From an uncultured Nitrospiraceae bacterium (lineage in GTDB: Bacteria > Nitrospirota > Nitrospiria > Nitrospirales > Nitrospiraceae): a stretch of DNA of 64,000 nucleotides. A program made the translations under genes and the position numbers. Every line of letters begins with the position of its first letter. The stretch's first letter is position 1. Of this stretch, positions 38,676 through 49,003 are shown piece by piece. The stretch spans positions 160,001-224,000 of the forward strand of contig CAVPLT010000002.1 in assembly GCA_963706325.1 (NCBI GenBank), written 5' to 3'. A model generated the notes under the pieces. That model ran no database searches, was not told the origin of the DNA, and saw only the letters and a program-made list of their open reading frames with translations.

Positions 38676-39179
38676 GTAACGGAGTCTGGCAACTCGAGGA
38701 GACCCTGTCAATCTAGCAGGCGTTGCCTTCCGGCAGGAGGCAGTTTTCCACAATGGCCACTGCGCTCGCGATTGTTCAGCCCGCCAAATTTCAAGGATCG
38801 CACCGACAATCGACAGCAGCTCATTAGCAAATGGAGGGGGGGGAATTCCCTGAGCCTGGGCCGGGACTGTCCGTCACATGCGAACTCAGTTACGAGCTCG
38901 ACCACTCCTGCCACGAAACCATCGACCTGCCGAAAACCGCAGGCGGAGACTGGAAGTTCATTCTCGATTCATCAAGCGGAAACGCACCGACCCCACCCAG
39001 TTCTGGTGCCTTGGCGCAAATTGGTTCATGAAATGGACTAATCTCCTCCTTCATTCCAACGCGATGGAATGGGAGGAGGATTACCTCCGCGAGACAGAGA
39101 AAGTATTCAATTCGAAATTACGCTGAGCAATACCTCAAGCATCACTTGCAGGTGTATGAAGCCCTCTTCAGGGTTCCGT

Positions 39180-39302
39180 GGGCAATGTAGATTAGATTCG
39201 GCAGGTCGTTCCCGGCTTGCTAAAACGCTCAACGTCCCTCTAGGACATGATTCTGGACCTGCTTTGCCTGCGGTCTAGTGAGACGCCGTTTGTAGCATCC
39301 TG
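39180..39302 (+). repeat. Repeat family B, degenerate
   Basis: GGTCGTTCCCGGC..CTCAACGTCCC..CTGCGGTCTAGT..GACGCCGTTT..AGCATCCTG. Confidence 0.7.
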
Positions 39303-39480
39303 CGGGAGTGGAACGAGAGTCGCTCAACGCGAAAGGTGAGCGCCGACCATGCGCAGAGTTCGATTGTGCATCGAACTTCATCATTGAGCTTCTCCTGTGA
39401 CGAGCCGCTCAGAGGTATCGCCCCTTGCAAAAAAAACCGACTCGGGGCAACATGCCGCCAGTCACTTTCGTGAGGAGCCT

Positions 39481-40410
39481 ATGGCTGAGCAGCGCAGATT
39501 GCAGTTCTACCATGCGGATGTGTTTACCGACGAACCGTTCGGTGGAAATCCTGTCGCCGTGTTTCCCGATGCCGAGGGATTGACCGATGTCGAGCTCCAG
39601 CAAATCGCCCGCGAAATGAATTTATCTGAAACCGTGTTCGTCTTTCCGCCGACCGACAAGGCGGCGGTGGTCAAGATGCGTATTTTCACGCCGACGCAAG
39701 AAATTCCCTTCGCCGGGCATCCGGTGATCGGGACCTTTTTCGTGCTGGGGACATTGAAACGACTCTCGCTCAAGGAACCGGTGACTAGAGTGCTTCAGGA
39801 GTGCAACCTCGGACTGTTCCCCGTCGACATTCATTCCAGAGACGGCGTAATCGAGCGTGTGGTGATGTCGCAACCAAGCCCACAATTTTTGGATGTGATC
39901 GACGAACAGGAGGCGCTATTCGCCATTGCCCGTTCCTTGGGCATCACGAAGGCGCTGATTACGGAGACGCGGTTTCCGGTGCAGGTAGTCTCGACGGGGT
40001 TGCCGGTCATCATCGTGCCGGTGCGGACGCTCACGGCAGTTCGGTCGATCATTCCGGATGTGTCTAATATCGCGGACCTCTCTCAGCAGTACGGGGCCAA
40101 TGGCCTTATGGTGTTCAGTACGATGACGGTCGAGCAGTCCTCGACGGTGCATACGAGAATGTTTGCGCCGTTGATCGGCATCGTGGAGGATCCGGCGACG
40201 GGCAGCGCTAGTGGCGCCTTAGGCGCCTATTTGGTACAGCACGGTGTCGTGGATATCGGTCCCATCACGACCATTACGGCTGAGCAAGGCTATGAGATCG
40301 ACCGGCCCTCGCGTATTCTCATTCAGGTCGATTCGGACGAGGAAATTATTCAATCCGTGACGGTCGGTGGACAAGCGATAATGGTGGTGGAGGGGACGCT
40401 CACCTTCTAG
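39481..40410 (+). CDS. PhzF family epimerase
   Basis: DVFTDEPFGGNPVAV, EMNLSETVF, EIPFAGHP, EDPATGSA. Confidence 0.93.
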   Translation: MAEQRRLQFYHADVFTDEPFGGNPVAVFPDAEGLTDVELQQIAREMNLSETVFVFPPTDKAAVVKMRIFTPTQEIPFAGHPVIGTFFVLGTLKRLSLKEPVTRVLQECNLGLFPVDIHSRDGVIERVVMSQPSPQFLDVIDEQEALFAIARSLGITKALITETRFPVQVVSTGLPVIIVPVRTLTAVRSIIPDVSNIADLSQQYGANGLMVFSTMTVEQSSTVHTRMFAPLIGIVEDPATGSASGALGAYLVQHGVVDIGPITTITAEQGYEIDRPSRILIQVDSDEEIIQSVTVGGQAIMVVEGTLTF

Positions 40411-40534
40411 CAGGATGATCAAAACCCCATCTCACTGCGTTCGCGGTCGCACGTCTCCCTGCGACGTACCGCAAGGATACGCCTCGGTTGCCGCACTTCC
40501 TGCGGCCTTGTTACATGAGGCTTTGATCATCCTG
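40411..40534 (+). repeat. Repeat family B
   Basis: CAGGATGATCAAA...TTTGATCATCCTG, immediately after a stop codon. Confidence 0.88.
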
Positions 40535-40619
40535 CGGGGGAATCTTCAGCCGGCAATACTCCCGGAAGTGCCTGGTAGTGCGGATGTAATCTGGCCACAA
40601 ATCAGGGATGAGGAATGAC

Positions 40620-41651
40620 ATGAACGCAGTGGTCTTTCATGAACATGGCGGGCCAGGCAAGTTGCAGTATCAAGAAATGCCGGCTCCGACGATCGGCCCC
40701 AATGAGGTGCTCGTTCGGGTGAAGGCTTGCGCATTGAATCACCTCGACATCTGGATCCGACAAGGCAGTCCGGCCTACCCGATGCCGCTTCCGCACATCT
40801 CTGGTTCGGATGTCGCCGGCACGGTACAACAAATCGGGTCGCAAGTAGAGGGGGTCGCCGAAGGGGAGCGCGTGTATGTGTCTCCTGGGGTCGGTTGCGG
40901 ACACTGCGAGCAATGTCTGGCTGGTCGCGACAATATGTGCCGCTCGTACGGCCTGATCGGCGCGATGTGTCATGGCGGCTATGCGGAGTATGTCAAAGTT
41001 CCGGCGCGGAATGTGTTTCCCATTCCAGGCACGTTGACCTTCGAACAGGCGGCGGCGTTTCCGCTGGTCTCCGTCACCGCATGGCACATGTTATTTACAC
41101 TCGCTGATCTGCACCTGGGCGAAGAGGTGTTGATCATGGGAGCGGGGAGCGGGGTGGGGCACATGGCGATCCAAATGGCCAAGCTGGCCGGCGCCAGGGT
41201 CATCACTACGGTCGGCAGCGACGACAAAATCGACAAGGCTAAAGCTCTGGGTGCCGACGAGGTGATCAACCACAACCGCGAGAAGGTCAATCAGCGGGTG
41301 CGCGAACTCACGCAGCGCCGCGGCGTGGATGTAGTCATCGAGCATATCGGTCCAGAGGTGTGGGGCCAGTGTATCGATTCGCTGGCCAAAGGGGGGCGGT
41401 TGATTACCTGCGGGGCCACCACCGGCGCGGAGGTGAAGCTCGATCTTCGGTATGTCTATTCGCGCCAGCTCACGATCAAGGGGTCGTACATGGGGTCGCA
41501 GAGCGAATTGCTCAAGGCCGCTGAATTGGTCGGACAGGGGCGGTTACGACCTGTGATCGATCGGACCTTTCCTCTGTCTGACGCCAAAGGCGCGCAAGAA
41601 TATCTTCTGAATCGAAAGTTTTTTGGTAAGATCGTGCTGGCGATTCCGTAA
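40620..41651 (+). CDS. Zinc-binding dehydrogenase/quinone oxidoreductase (MDR family)
   Basis: ALNHLD, GSDVAG, CGHCEQC..C, GAGSGVG, FGKIVL. Confidence 0.92.
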   Translation: MNAVVFHEHGGPGKLQYQEMPAPTIGPNEVLVRVKACALNHLDIWIRQGSPAYPMPLPHISGSDVAGTVQQIGSQVEGVAEGERVYVSPGVGCGHCEQCLAGRDNMCRSYGLIGAMCHGGYAEYVKVPARNVFPIPGTLTFEQAAAFPLVSVTAWHMLFTLADLHLGEEVLIMGAGSGVGHMAIQMAKLAGARVITTVGSDDKIDKAKALGADEVINHNREKVNQRVRELTQRRGVDVVIEHIGPEVWGQCIDSLAKGGRLITCGATTGAEVKLDLRYVYSRQLTIKGSYMGSQSELLKAAELVGQGRLRPVIDRTFPLSDAKGAQEYLLNRKFFGKIVLAIP

Positions 41652-41702
41652 GCTACCTTCATTATCGACTATCTCGTCCCATTGGGCAGAAAGGTATGTG
41701 AC

Positions 41703-42137
41703 ATGGCGACTGTGGCGCAGATCATGAACAAACATCCGGAAAGTATCGGTCCGACAACCTCCATTCGCGGCGCAGCAAAAAAAATGCGTGAGTTGCGAGT
41801 GGGCTCTCTCCTGATCAAGAGGGGGAAAAACCATGTCGGCATCGTGACTGAGACCGATTTGGTGCGCAAGGCCCTGGCCGGTAGCCAGGATGTGTCGAAG
41901 CTGACCGTTGAAAAGGTCATGACGTCACCCGTCTGCACGATCGAAAGCAGCAGGGCCGTCGATGAGGCGCAAGATATGATGGGCGATCTCGGCGTGCGCC
42001 ATCTTGGCGTGACCAAAGGTGGCTCGATCGTGGGCGTCGTGTCGGTCCGCGATCTCTTGATGTTCTACAAGCGGTATGCGCAATCGAAACTTGCGGACAA
42101 GCAGATGTATTCTGAACCGAAAATCGCGCAAGACTAG
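41703..42137 (+). CDS. CBS domain protein
   Basis: VGIVTETDL, VGVVSVRDL. Confidence 0.9.
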   Translation: MATVAQIMNKHPESIGPTTSIRGAAKKMRELRVGSLLIKRGKNHVGIVTETDLVRKALAGSQDVSKLTVEKVMTSPVCTIESSRAVDEAQDMMGDLGVRHLGVTKGGSIVGVVSVRDLLMFYKRYAQSKLADKQMYSEPKIAQD

Positions 42138-42517
42138 CAGGACGTTGAAAACGGCCTCCAGCGGCGTTCTCGGTCGTACGTCTCCTTGCGACGTACCGCA
42201 AGGGTACGCCTCAGTCGCCCCACTCCCTGCGGCCTTGCTGGAAGGCCGTTTTGAACATCCTGCACCAGGCGGATGCTGAAAACAGCCCCTAACTTCGTTC
42301 TCGGTCGCACGTCTCCCTGCAACGTACCGCATGCGGTACGCCTCAGTCGCCGTGCTCGCTGCGGCCTCGTTGGACGGCCGTTTTGTGCATCCCTGACGAG
42401 GCGAGGTTGGCGACCTCCAACTTTCCGGCTCATCAAATCCTTGACGTGCCCCTGAGGTTACGACTCAGTTGCCGAATTCCCTGCGGCCTCGTTGATACGA
42501 CTGTTTTGAAAATCCTG
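42138..42517 (+). repeat. Three tandem family B repeats (42138-42262, ~42270-42394, ~42395-42517)
   Basis: Each has CGTTCTCGG / ACGTAC..GTACG / CTGCGGCCT / ATCC(C)TG; the third copy is degenerate. Confidence 0.85.
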
Positions 42518-42615
42518 CGTGAATAGAGGATTGGTTTGCGTTCTGCCACCTCGGCGGCACCTTCCCTGCGGCAGTATTTTACGGACGGTTCCGGAGTGAT
42601 GCCTTGCAGGCAAGT

Positions 42616-43128
42616 CTACTTGGTAAGTTCTTTGACGAGGTGGCCAAGTTCGGGAAGGATGAGTTTTTCCATGGCCAGGCGTACGGCGTTTTCTGAGCCT
42701 GGAGTTGAGAAGAGTATACAGCCGTGAACGATACCAGCGGTGGCGCGGGTCATGATGGCCGGCGAGCCGATATCCTGGTAGGTGAGCGCCCGAAAGATCT
42801 CACCAAACCCGTCCAACCGTTTTTCCAGCATCGCATCGACGGCTTCGAATGTCGAATCCCGCCGAGAGATACCTGTTCCGCCGTTGACGATGATGGCCTG
42901 AACGCCTTCGGTTCGTAACGCTTCACCGATACAGTTTTTGATCAACAGCGGCTCATCTTTCACCAAGTGATAGGTCACCACTCGATGCCCCTGTTCCTTC
43001 AGCAGCCGCATGATCAATTGGCCGCTGGTGTCGGTCTCGGATGTCCGGGTGTCGCTGCAGGTCACGACCATGCACCCGACGCTTCTGGGTGCATGGGCTT
43101 TGTGTTCGTGCGGAGTGGAATGTCCCAC
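42616..43128 (-). CDS. moaB: Molybdenum cofactor biosynthesis protein MoaB/MogA
   Basis: TCSDTR, DTSG, NGGTGISRRDST, FSTPGS. Confidence 0.88.
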   Translation of the reverse strand: MGHSTPHEHKAHAPRSVGCMVVTCSDTRTSETDTSGQLIMRLLKEQGHRVVTYHLVKDEPLLIKNCIGEALRTEGVQAIIVNGGTGISRRDSTFEAVDAMLEKRLDGFGEIFRALTYQDIGSPAIMTRATAGIVHGCILFSTPGSENAVRLAMEKLILPELGHLVKELTK

Positions 43129-43153
43129 TGTAGTTGGTGCGCCTTGAGATCGA

Positions 43154-43480
43154 TCAGCCCCAGACGGAATCTGGCTTCAGCTTCTCTGCGGGCTTGCCGC
43201 CTTTGATGTGTTCATCCAGGATGGTGGCGACATCGGCTTCAGTGACTTTTGAATACCAGGTGCCCTCCGGATAGACGACGACCGTGGGTCCCTGTTCGCA
43301 TGGCCCGAGACACGAGGATCCGGTCACCAGGACTTCTCCCGGCATGATCCCGCGTTGCATCAATCCCATGTTAAAGGTCATGAGCAGTTGAGCCGACCCC
43401 TGGCCGCCGCAGGAGGGCTTGGGATGGCCGGGCGGACGGGCATTGGTGCAGACGAGGATATGATATTTCGGTTTTGGCAT
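43154..43480 (-). CDS. Thioredoxin-like [2Fe-2S] ferredoxin
   Basis: VCTN.RPPGHPKPSC, SSCLGPCEQGP.VVVYPEGTWY. Confidence 0.92.
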   Translation of the reverse strand: MPKPKYHILVCTNARPPGHPKPSCGGQGSAQLLMTFNMGLMQRGIMPGEVLVTGSSCLGPCEQGPTVVVYPEGTWYSKVTEADVATILDEHIKGGKPAEKLKPDSVWG

Positions 43481-43528
43481 AGCGACCTCTAGTTAGGCGG
43501 TTGGGACGATTGACGACGTGCAGCGCGG

Positions 43529-43972
43529 TCAGGATGGTTTATAGGCTTGCCATTGCTCGATGCATTCTTCCGGCAATTTCCACTGCTTGAGTCCCTTCAG
43601 GACCCAATCGATGTAGTGTTCCTTCGGCTTGAATTTGCCGATGGGATTTGCCGCGTGGGTGGTGACCAGCTGCTTTTCGTCCTCTCCGCTGACCACGCTG
43701 ACCGGCAGATGCCGGTAGGCTCCTTGCGGGACATCGTCTTCGAAATCATCCAGGATCTTCAGGTCTTCGTCGGTGATCTCGAACACGGATCCCCAGACTT
43801 TTTCCCCCGGAGAGGGTACGACACTCGCCAGACCGCATCGCCACTGCGTGGACCAGCGGCAAAATTGAATACTGTGGTCCGGAAGATAGGCATTAAAGAG
43901 AAATTTGTGCTCGGGGGCGCGGCGTTTGAGTTGAGACGGATTTAAGTTGTCCGCATAGAAGAAGAACTTCAT
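43529..43972 (-). CDS. Gamma-glutamylcyclotransferase family protein
   Basis: FFFYADNLN, VWGSVFEI, LDDFE. Confidence 0.8.
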   Translation of the reverse strand: MKFFFYADNLNPSQLKRRAPEHKFLFNAYLPDHSIQFCRWSTQWRCGLASVVPSPGEKVWGSVFEITDEDLKILDDFEDDVPQGAYRHLPVSVVSGEDEKQLVTTHAANPIGKFKPKEHYIDWVLKGLKQWKLPEECIEQWQAYKPS

Positions 43973-44173
43973 TGAACAATGATGCTCCCATTAGGTGTCG
44001 TACGTTGACCGATACTTGTACCATAGCGTTGCGCGGCCTTGTCAAGCCGAACGACTCTCACATCGCGGTTTATAACCACGCTGCCCGGTTGCTCGGTGAT
44101 TGACAGTGAAATCGGGTGCCACATATGATGATTGCTCATTCATAAAGTTTTTGCAGCCTATGGTCTTACACGT

Positions 44174-44629
44174 ATGAGTAAAGCGATTCATTATGCGGTG
44201 GTTCTGCTGCTCGTTGTCGGAGGGGTCATCTACTGGTGGATGAAACCCCCGACCCTTAACCCCATGACCGACCCTCAAGCGGCTCAGGCTCTGGCTTTGG
44301 TGCAGACACATCGAGCGGTCGGCTATCCGACTATTCTGCAGGCGTTTAATGAACGGGCCCGCATTCAGGAGGCTCGGAAGCTGGGACTGCGTTTGGGGGA
44401 GTGGCAAGTACTCAAGCAAGAGGGCCAGCGCTATGAGGTTCGCATCTACATGCGCGAGCAGGGGACGAACCAGTGGTTCGAACGGGATTTCATCTGGCAC
44501 GTGGACCTCGCCACGAAGCGCGTGAATGCTGCTTCGTTACCTGCCGATGGTCTGATGCCGGAACGGCCGGAAGACGGACGTCCGCGCGGTCCCAACGCCG
44601 ATGCCCCGCTGTTACCGCCTACAATGTGA
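44174..44629 (+). CDS. Membrane-anchored hypothetical protein
   Basis: N-terminal TM helix; TTGACA-18-TATGAT at 44100-44129. Confidence 0.75.
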   Translation: MSKAIHYAVVLLLVVGGVIYWWMKPPTLNPMTDPQAAQALALVQTHRAVGYPTILQAFNERARIQEARKLGLRLGEWQVLKQEGQRYEVRIYMREQGTNQWFERDFIWHVDLATKRVNAASLPADGLMPERPEDGRPRGPNADAPLLPPTM

Positions 44630-44945
44630 ACGGCGTTTTTACTTGCACGTTCGCGCCATGTACGCGCACTTCGACGCAGGCCACTCGGATCTCAGGATTC
44701 TCGGGACGCTCGCCGGTGCGCACATTGAAGCGCCATCCATGCCATGGGCACTCAAGCACGTCTCCATCCAGCTCGCCCTCACCCAGCGGCCCGCCCGCAT
44801 GCGGGCAGGTGTTGTCGACGGCGAGGAATAGTCCATTCACATTGCAGAGAGCGAGATAAATGCCGTCAACTTCCACGGTTCGACAGGTTCCAGCCGGGAT
44901 TTCATCCACTTGAGCTACGGTGACGTACAGGGGGAGCGAATTCAT
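44619..44945 (-). CDS. Rieske [2Fe-2S] ferredoxin
   Basis: NTCPHAGGPL, ECPWHGWRF. Confidence 0.92.
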   Translation of the reverse strand: MNSLPLYVTVAQVDEIPAGTCRTVEVDGIYLALCNVNGLFLAVDNTCPHAGGPLGEGELDGDVLECPWHGWRFNVRTGERPENPEIRVACVEVRVHGANVQVKTPFTL

Positions 44946-45139
44946 GCGGTCCCTTTTCAGATGACAGGAGGATGAAGGCAAGTAGACAGAGTGACAGTCT
45001 GAACGCTATGTCCTAAGCGCTTGATTTCATTACTGACATATGGCATAGATTGAGCACAGGCATTCAGGAAAGGGTCAAACGCCGGCGTCATTTTGCTATT
45101 CTTAAATAGTGCACTCATAGGAGACCCCTAGGAGCTACT

Positions 45140-45685
45140 ATGGAAATGACCTTGTTGCTCAACTCCACCTATGAACCTCTGCGTGTCCTGCATTGGCAGA
45201 AGGCTATTACCTTGCTGTGGCAGGGGAAAGTAGAAGTCCTCGAAGTCTACGACCGCCAAATCCACGGCATTTCCATTTCGATCAAACTTCCGGCGGTGAT
45301 GCGGCTTCTCAAGCTCGTCAAGCTGAAGGACAGTCACCGCGCCGTCAAATTTTCCCGCATCAATATTTTTACGCGGGACAGTTATTGCTGCCAGTATTGC
45401 AAACACAAGTTCCGGACCGAAGAGTTGACGTTCGACCATGTCGTCCCCATCGCGAAGGGCGGGCGGAAGACCTGGGAAAATATCGTGACGGCCTGCTGGC
45501 GGTGCAACAATCGGAAAAGCGGCCGGACACCGGAAGAAGCGAATATGCGTCTTATCAAGAAACCCGTGAAGCCCCGCTGGAGTCCCACGGTGACGATCAC
45601 CATAGGAATTCGCAATACGCCGGAAAGCTGGCGAGACTATCTGTATTGGAACCTCGAATTGGACGCGGACCAGGCCGAAACCTAG
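45140..45685 (+). CDS. HNH endonuclease (McrA-like)
   Basis: LLLNSTYEPL, RDSYCCQYC, TFDHVVP, WENIVTAC..CN..K. Confidence 0.92.
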   Translation: MEMTLLLNSTYEPLRVLHWQKAITLLWQGKVEVLEVYDRQIHGISISIKLPAVMRLLKLVKLKDSHRAVKFSRINIFTRDSYCCQYCKHKFRTEELTFDHVVPIAKGGRKTWENIVTACWRCNNRKSGRTPEEANMRLIKKPVKPRWSPTVTITIGIRNTPESWRDYLYWNLELDADQAET

Positions 45686-45699
45686 TTGGTGTTTAATCG

Positions 45700-45807
45700 C
45701 GTCCTAGGCGTCGTTTTCGCGGCGCTCAAGTCCTCGACATACGAGATCAGCATGTCTCAGACTTTCGCTTACCGCGGCCTTGCCGAATCATCCATTGAAC
45801 AACTGCA
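45700..45807 (+). repeat. Repeat family B, highly degenerate
   Basis: CGTCGTTTTCGCGGCGCTCAAGTCCTCGAC...CCGCGGCCTTG. Confidence 0.5.
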
Positions 45808-45811
45808 GCAC

Positions 45812-46264
45812 CTAATATACTTTGTCGATGGTGATGTTCACGTCCTTCCCGCCCGGTAACGTCGGATTTTTCGGGTAGCGCCCCTCCATATCGCCCGGTT
45901 GCGGCTGGCCGGCTTGGCCATCGCGATCCAGGCGGGCAACCACGTCTACCATGCCTTTCAGCTCGCTGCCCTGCACCATGACGTCGGCGTTGGTGATTTC
46001 AAACTGCACCGGAAATTTCGGTCCGTCGATCCGTTTGGCCGCGATGGGGCGTGGTGGGCCTGCCGGACGCCGCACGATCACGAACAGCACGTCCGTCGGT
46101 TTGACCTGGTCGGCCAAGTTGGGCGCAATCTGTACCTGTCCCGCGATCGATCCGCTGCCCTGGTTCGGTTCTCCGACGTGCGCGATGCCGAAATAGGCCG
46201 CCAGTGCCGCAATGCCGATGATGCCCCCTGCCATCGCGAGGGCTCGTCCTGTATATCCAGCCAC
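45812..46264 (-). CDS. CcmI/CycH C-terminal-like protein
   Basis: GQVQIAP, LFVIVR..GPPRPIAAKR, FPVQF, VVARLDRDG. Confidence 0.8.
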   Translation of the reverse strand: MAGYTGRALAMAGGIIGIAALAAYFGIAHVGEPNQGSGSIAGQVQIAPNLADQVKPTDVLFVIVRRPAGPPRPIAAKRIDGPKFPVQFEITNADVMVQGSELKGMVDVVARLDRDGQAGQPQPGDMEGRYPKNPTLPGGKDVNITIDKVY

Positions 46265-46437
46265 ATATGCTCCTTGGTTGTACTCACCGCGAGAGCGGGT
46301 GCGCTCCCGTCATTTAGAGGCCGCATTATACCCAGCTCCTGGCGGAAAGGGGAATGCCGAAGCAGGTTTACCCTGTGAAATCGCCTGTTGTATGATACGC
46401 CCTTACGTTGTTGACGCCTTGTTGGAGGATTATCACG

Positions 46438-47097
46438 ATGGCTGCAAATTCGGGCTTTCAAATTTCACTCGATGTGCGTGGTTGGCCGGTTCTGGTCATC
46501 GGTGGCGATGAGGAGGCTGCTGAAAAGGTTCAACGGTTATTGGACGCCGGCGCCAAGGTGACTGTGATCAGTCCCACGATGAACGAACCGCTTCGCAAGT
46601 TGGCGGCCTCGGCCAAGATCATTCACCGTGGCCGGCATTTTCGCGCGAATGATCTGGAGAGCACCATTCTTGTGTTGAACACGATGCGGGATGACCGAGA
46701 ACTTTCGCATGCGTTGATGCGGCTGGCTCGTGAGCAGAAATTTCTGGTTTGGTCCGTGGATCAGCCCGACGTCTCGAACGTGGTGATGCCTGCCGTCGTC
46801 AGGAGCGGTCATCTTCGCCTGGCAGTCAGCACGAGCGGTCAGGCGCCCGCGTTATCCGGGTTCATGAAGGAAGATTTGGAACGTATTTTGGACAATGAGT
46901 TTGCCGCCTTTGTCGATTGGCTCGGGGAGCTTCGTGAGCAGGCCAGGGCCAACGAACCGGATGCGGAAAAACGCCGCGCGCTCCTGCGGGAAGCGCTCGA
47001 CGGTTTTCGTCTTTTGGGGAAAGTGCAATATCCCAAGGTGTGGCTCGACCACCGCGCCAGCCAGCAGGCCTCCGTATCACCCGCAACCACCACCTAG
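46438..47097 (+). CDS. Precorrin-2 dehydrogenase/sirohydrochlorin ferrochelatase (SirC/CysG-N-like)
   Basis: VLVIGG, LLDAGAKVTVISP, VDQP, LAVSTSGQAPAL. Confidence 0.88.
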   Translation: MAANSGFQISLDVRGWPVLVIGGDEEAAEKVQRLLDAGAKVTVISPTMNEPLRKLAASAKIIHRGRHFRANDLESTILVLNTMRDDRELSHALMRLAREQKFLVWSVDQPDVSNVVMPAVVRSGHLRLAVSTSGQAPALSGFMKEDLERILDNEFAAFVDWLGELREQARANEPDAEKRRALLREALDGFRLLGKVQYPKVWLDHRASQQASVSPATTT

Positions 47098-47113
47098 AGA
47101 GGACGCCGACAGC

Positions 47114-47422
47114 ATGGTGTTATTAGAATTCAGTATGTCGCCGCTGGGCAAGGGCGAGAGTGTGAGCAAATATGTCTCGCGTTCTTTGGACATCGTCGAT
47201 CGCAGTGGTGTGCCCTACCGGTTGAATCCGATGGGCACGGTGCTTGAAGGGGAGTGGGACGAGGTCATGGCGGTGGTCAAGAAATGTTACATGCGCATGC
47301 GCAAGGACTGTAACCGCGTCTCCTGCAGTATCAAAATCGATTATCGCAAAGGACCGAAAGGGCGCTTGGCGAGCAAAGTCACCAGCGTGGAATCGCAGTT
47401 GAAGCGGAAGTTGAAGGTGTGA
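47114..47422 (+). CDS. MTH1187 family thiamine-binding protein
   Basis: EFSMSPLGKGESVSKYV, NPMGTVLEGEWDEV, KIDYR. Confidence 0.92.
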   Translation: MVLLEFSMSPLGKGESVSKYVSRSLDIVDRSGVPYRLNPMGTVLEGEWDEVMAVVKKCYMRMRKDCNRVSCSIKIDYRKGPKGRLASKVTSVESQLKRKLKV

Positions 47423-47431
47423 GTCCGAAGT

Positions 47432-48859
47432 TTATGGATGACTGCGGTCGGCATGAGCTTCAAAGAGAAGGGTGCCGTCGGTTTTAAAGGTTGCCGAGAG
47501 GCTATCGGTGTGCACGGCGAGTTGTTTCAGCGCGAGCTGCTGCACCGTGCCATGCAACCGTCCTCCCGTCATCTCCCGATTTAAGCCGTTTTCCAGCGCT
47601 TTCCGCATGAGGTCCAACTCCGCTCGAATGGGAAGCACCAGCCTGCGGGCCAATTCTTGGCGCAGAGGCTCGTGCAGCCATTCCTCGGCCAAGTCAGTGG
47701 CCGCGGTGCGCTCCTTGATGGTGTAGTCAACCCCTCGAAATAAGATCCTCCCCGTAGGCTCGTCGTAGACCGGAGTACCCTTGAGGTGTAGCGTCAACGG
47801 CAGCAACCCCCGCAGGATCAATTCCACCCCGACCTGATTTCCGAGGGGATACAGTGTCGCCCCAGCAATCTTGATCGTGCCGACGCCCAAGGACCATTCC
47901 TGACCGACCACTGCCTCACGCAGACGTTGATTTGCTTCCTCAATCGGAACCTGCAGGGCGAAGGTCACGTGAAAGCCGTTGTCCTGATATCGATCGCGAG
48001 CATCTGGCAGGGCGAGGGGCCGTAAAACTGGCTTCGCTCCTCGCACCACGGTGGGCTTGGCTGTCACTCCAAAGGCGGCTGCCGGAACCTCTGAGAGAGC
48101 CCCCACGCCGGCGGTGGCGACCGCTTCCGGATTCACCAGGAGCCAGAGAGCCTGAGCTTCGTCCAGCAGTAACGGTTCCTGCAGTTCTGTCCAGATGCGC
48201 GCCACTGACGGTTTTAAGGTGACGAGGCTCGCGGCTTTCTGATCTGCGGCCGGCAGGACTTTGTGAACGTCGCTGCGGTAGACTTGCGCCATCAATGGTG
48301 CCGCATCCGCGCGCTGTCCGGATAACACACAGGATCTGGTCGGCTCTACGGCAGCGACCGTGCTCGCCGGAAGGAGGGTATAGCCGCGACCGTGCGCAAA
48401 GGCGGTCGCGAGCTGTACCGACAACCGGCCTGTTCCTGCCGTCGCGTCGCGCTGACCGCATTCGGCTACCTTCGTGATCGAGCCGTCAAGGCGTTTTGCA
48501 TACTCCACTCCAAAGGGAAAGGTCGCGCGAGATATGAGTCGACCTTCTGCTGTCGTGGAATCCTGCTCTCCCGGCCAGACTCGGTATTTCAAAAATCCCG
48601 TGCCGCCGCCCAATGTGATCCACTCACGCCCGGTGGTCTGCTGGGAGGCAATATGCTGGTGGATTCCTTGGTATACCTCGCTGAGGGCAACCACCGGGAT
48701 CGGCACATGAATGGTGATATTGGAAACTTGGTCTCGGCCTTGTTGAGCGCTCTCCTTCATTGCCGCTGATGCCGAGCCTGAGGCTGTGAGGTGACCGACC
48801 AGGGCGATCACACAGAGCCACGTCAATGGCGTGGGACGGAACGTTTTCTTTCCAACCAT
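47432..48859 (-). CDS. Exported DUF4403-like protein
   Basis: Signal peptide; W.ELQEP, WLLVNP, LKGTPVYD. Confidence 0.7.
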   Translation of the reverse strand: MVGKKTFRPTPLTWLCVIALVGHLTASGSASAAMKESAQQGRDQVSNITIHVPIPVVALSEVYQGIHQHIASQQTTGREWITLGGGTGFLKYRVWPGEQDSTTAEGRLISRATFPFGVEYAKRLDGSITKVAECGQRDATAGTGRLSVQLATAFAHGRGYTLLPASTVAAVEPTRSCVLSGQRADAAPLMAQVYRSDVHKVLPAADQKAASLVTLKPSVARIWTELQEPLLLDEAQALWLLVNPEAVATAGVGALSEVPAAAFGVTAKPTVVRGAKPVLRPLALPDARDRYQDNGFHVTFALQVPIEEANQRLREAVVGQEWSLGVGTIKIAGATLYPLGNQVGVELILRGLLPLTLHLKGTPVYDEPTGRILFRGVDYTIKERTAATDLAEEWLHEPLRQELARRLVLPIRAELDLMRKALENGLNREMTGGRLHGTVQQLALKQLAVHTDSLSATFKTDGTLLFEAHADRSHP

Positions 48860-49003
48860 CAGTTCTCCTTATTCCATCTATGGATGGAAAATCGTCGCCT
48901 GAATTGTCGCGTAGGATCTTGTACAAATATGGGGGAACTGGAAATCGAAGGCAAGGGTGCCGATTGCGCCGCGCGCATCTCATGAGCACAGTCAGGCACG
49001 CTG

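Noticed and set aside
39028..39126. 32-aa ORF as a RiPP precursor for the radical SAM pair
   Set aside because: It is separated from the pair by a repeat and an opposite-strand gene, has no clear SD or leader/core pattern, and no transporter or peptidase is nearby.
42138..42517. CRISPR array or coding ORFs in the tandem repeats
   Set aside because: The units are ~125-bp palindromes with no unique spacers; the ORF-track ORFs here are translations of the repeat.
45140..45685. HNH gene as a homing or mobile endonuclease or Cas9/IscB relative
   Set aside because: It is a typical 181-aa stand-alone McrA-like HNH with no RuvC motifs, intron or IS ends.
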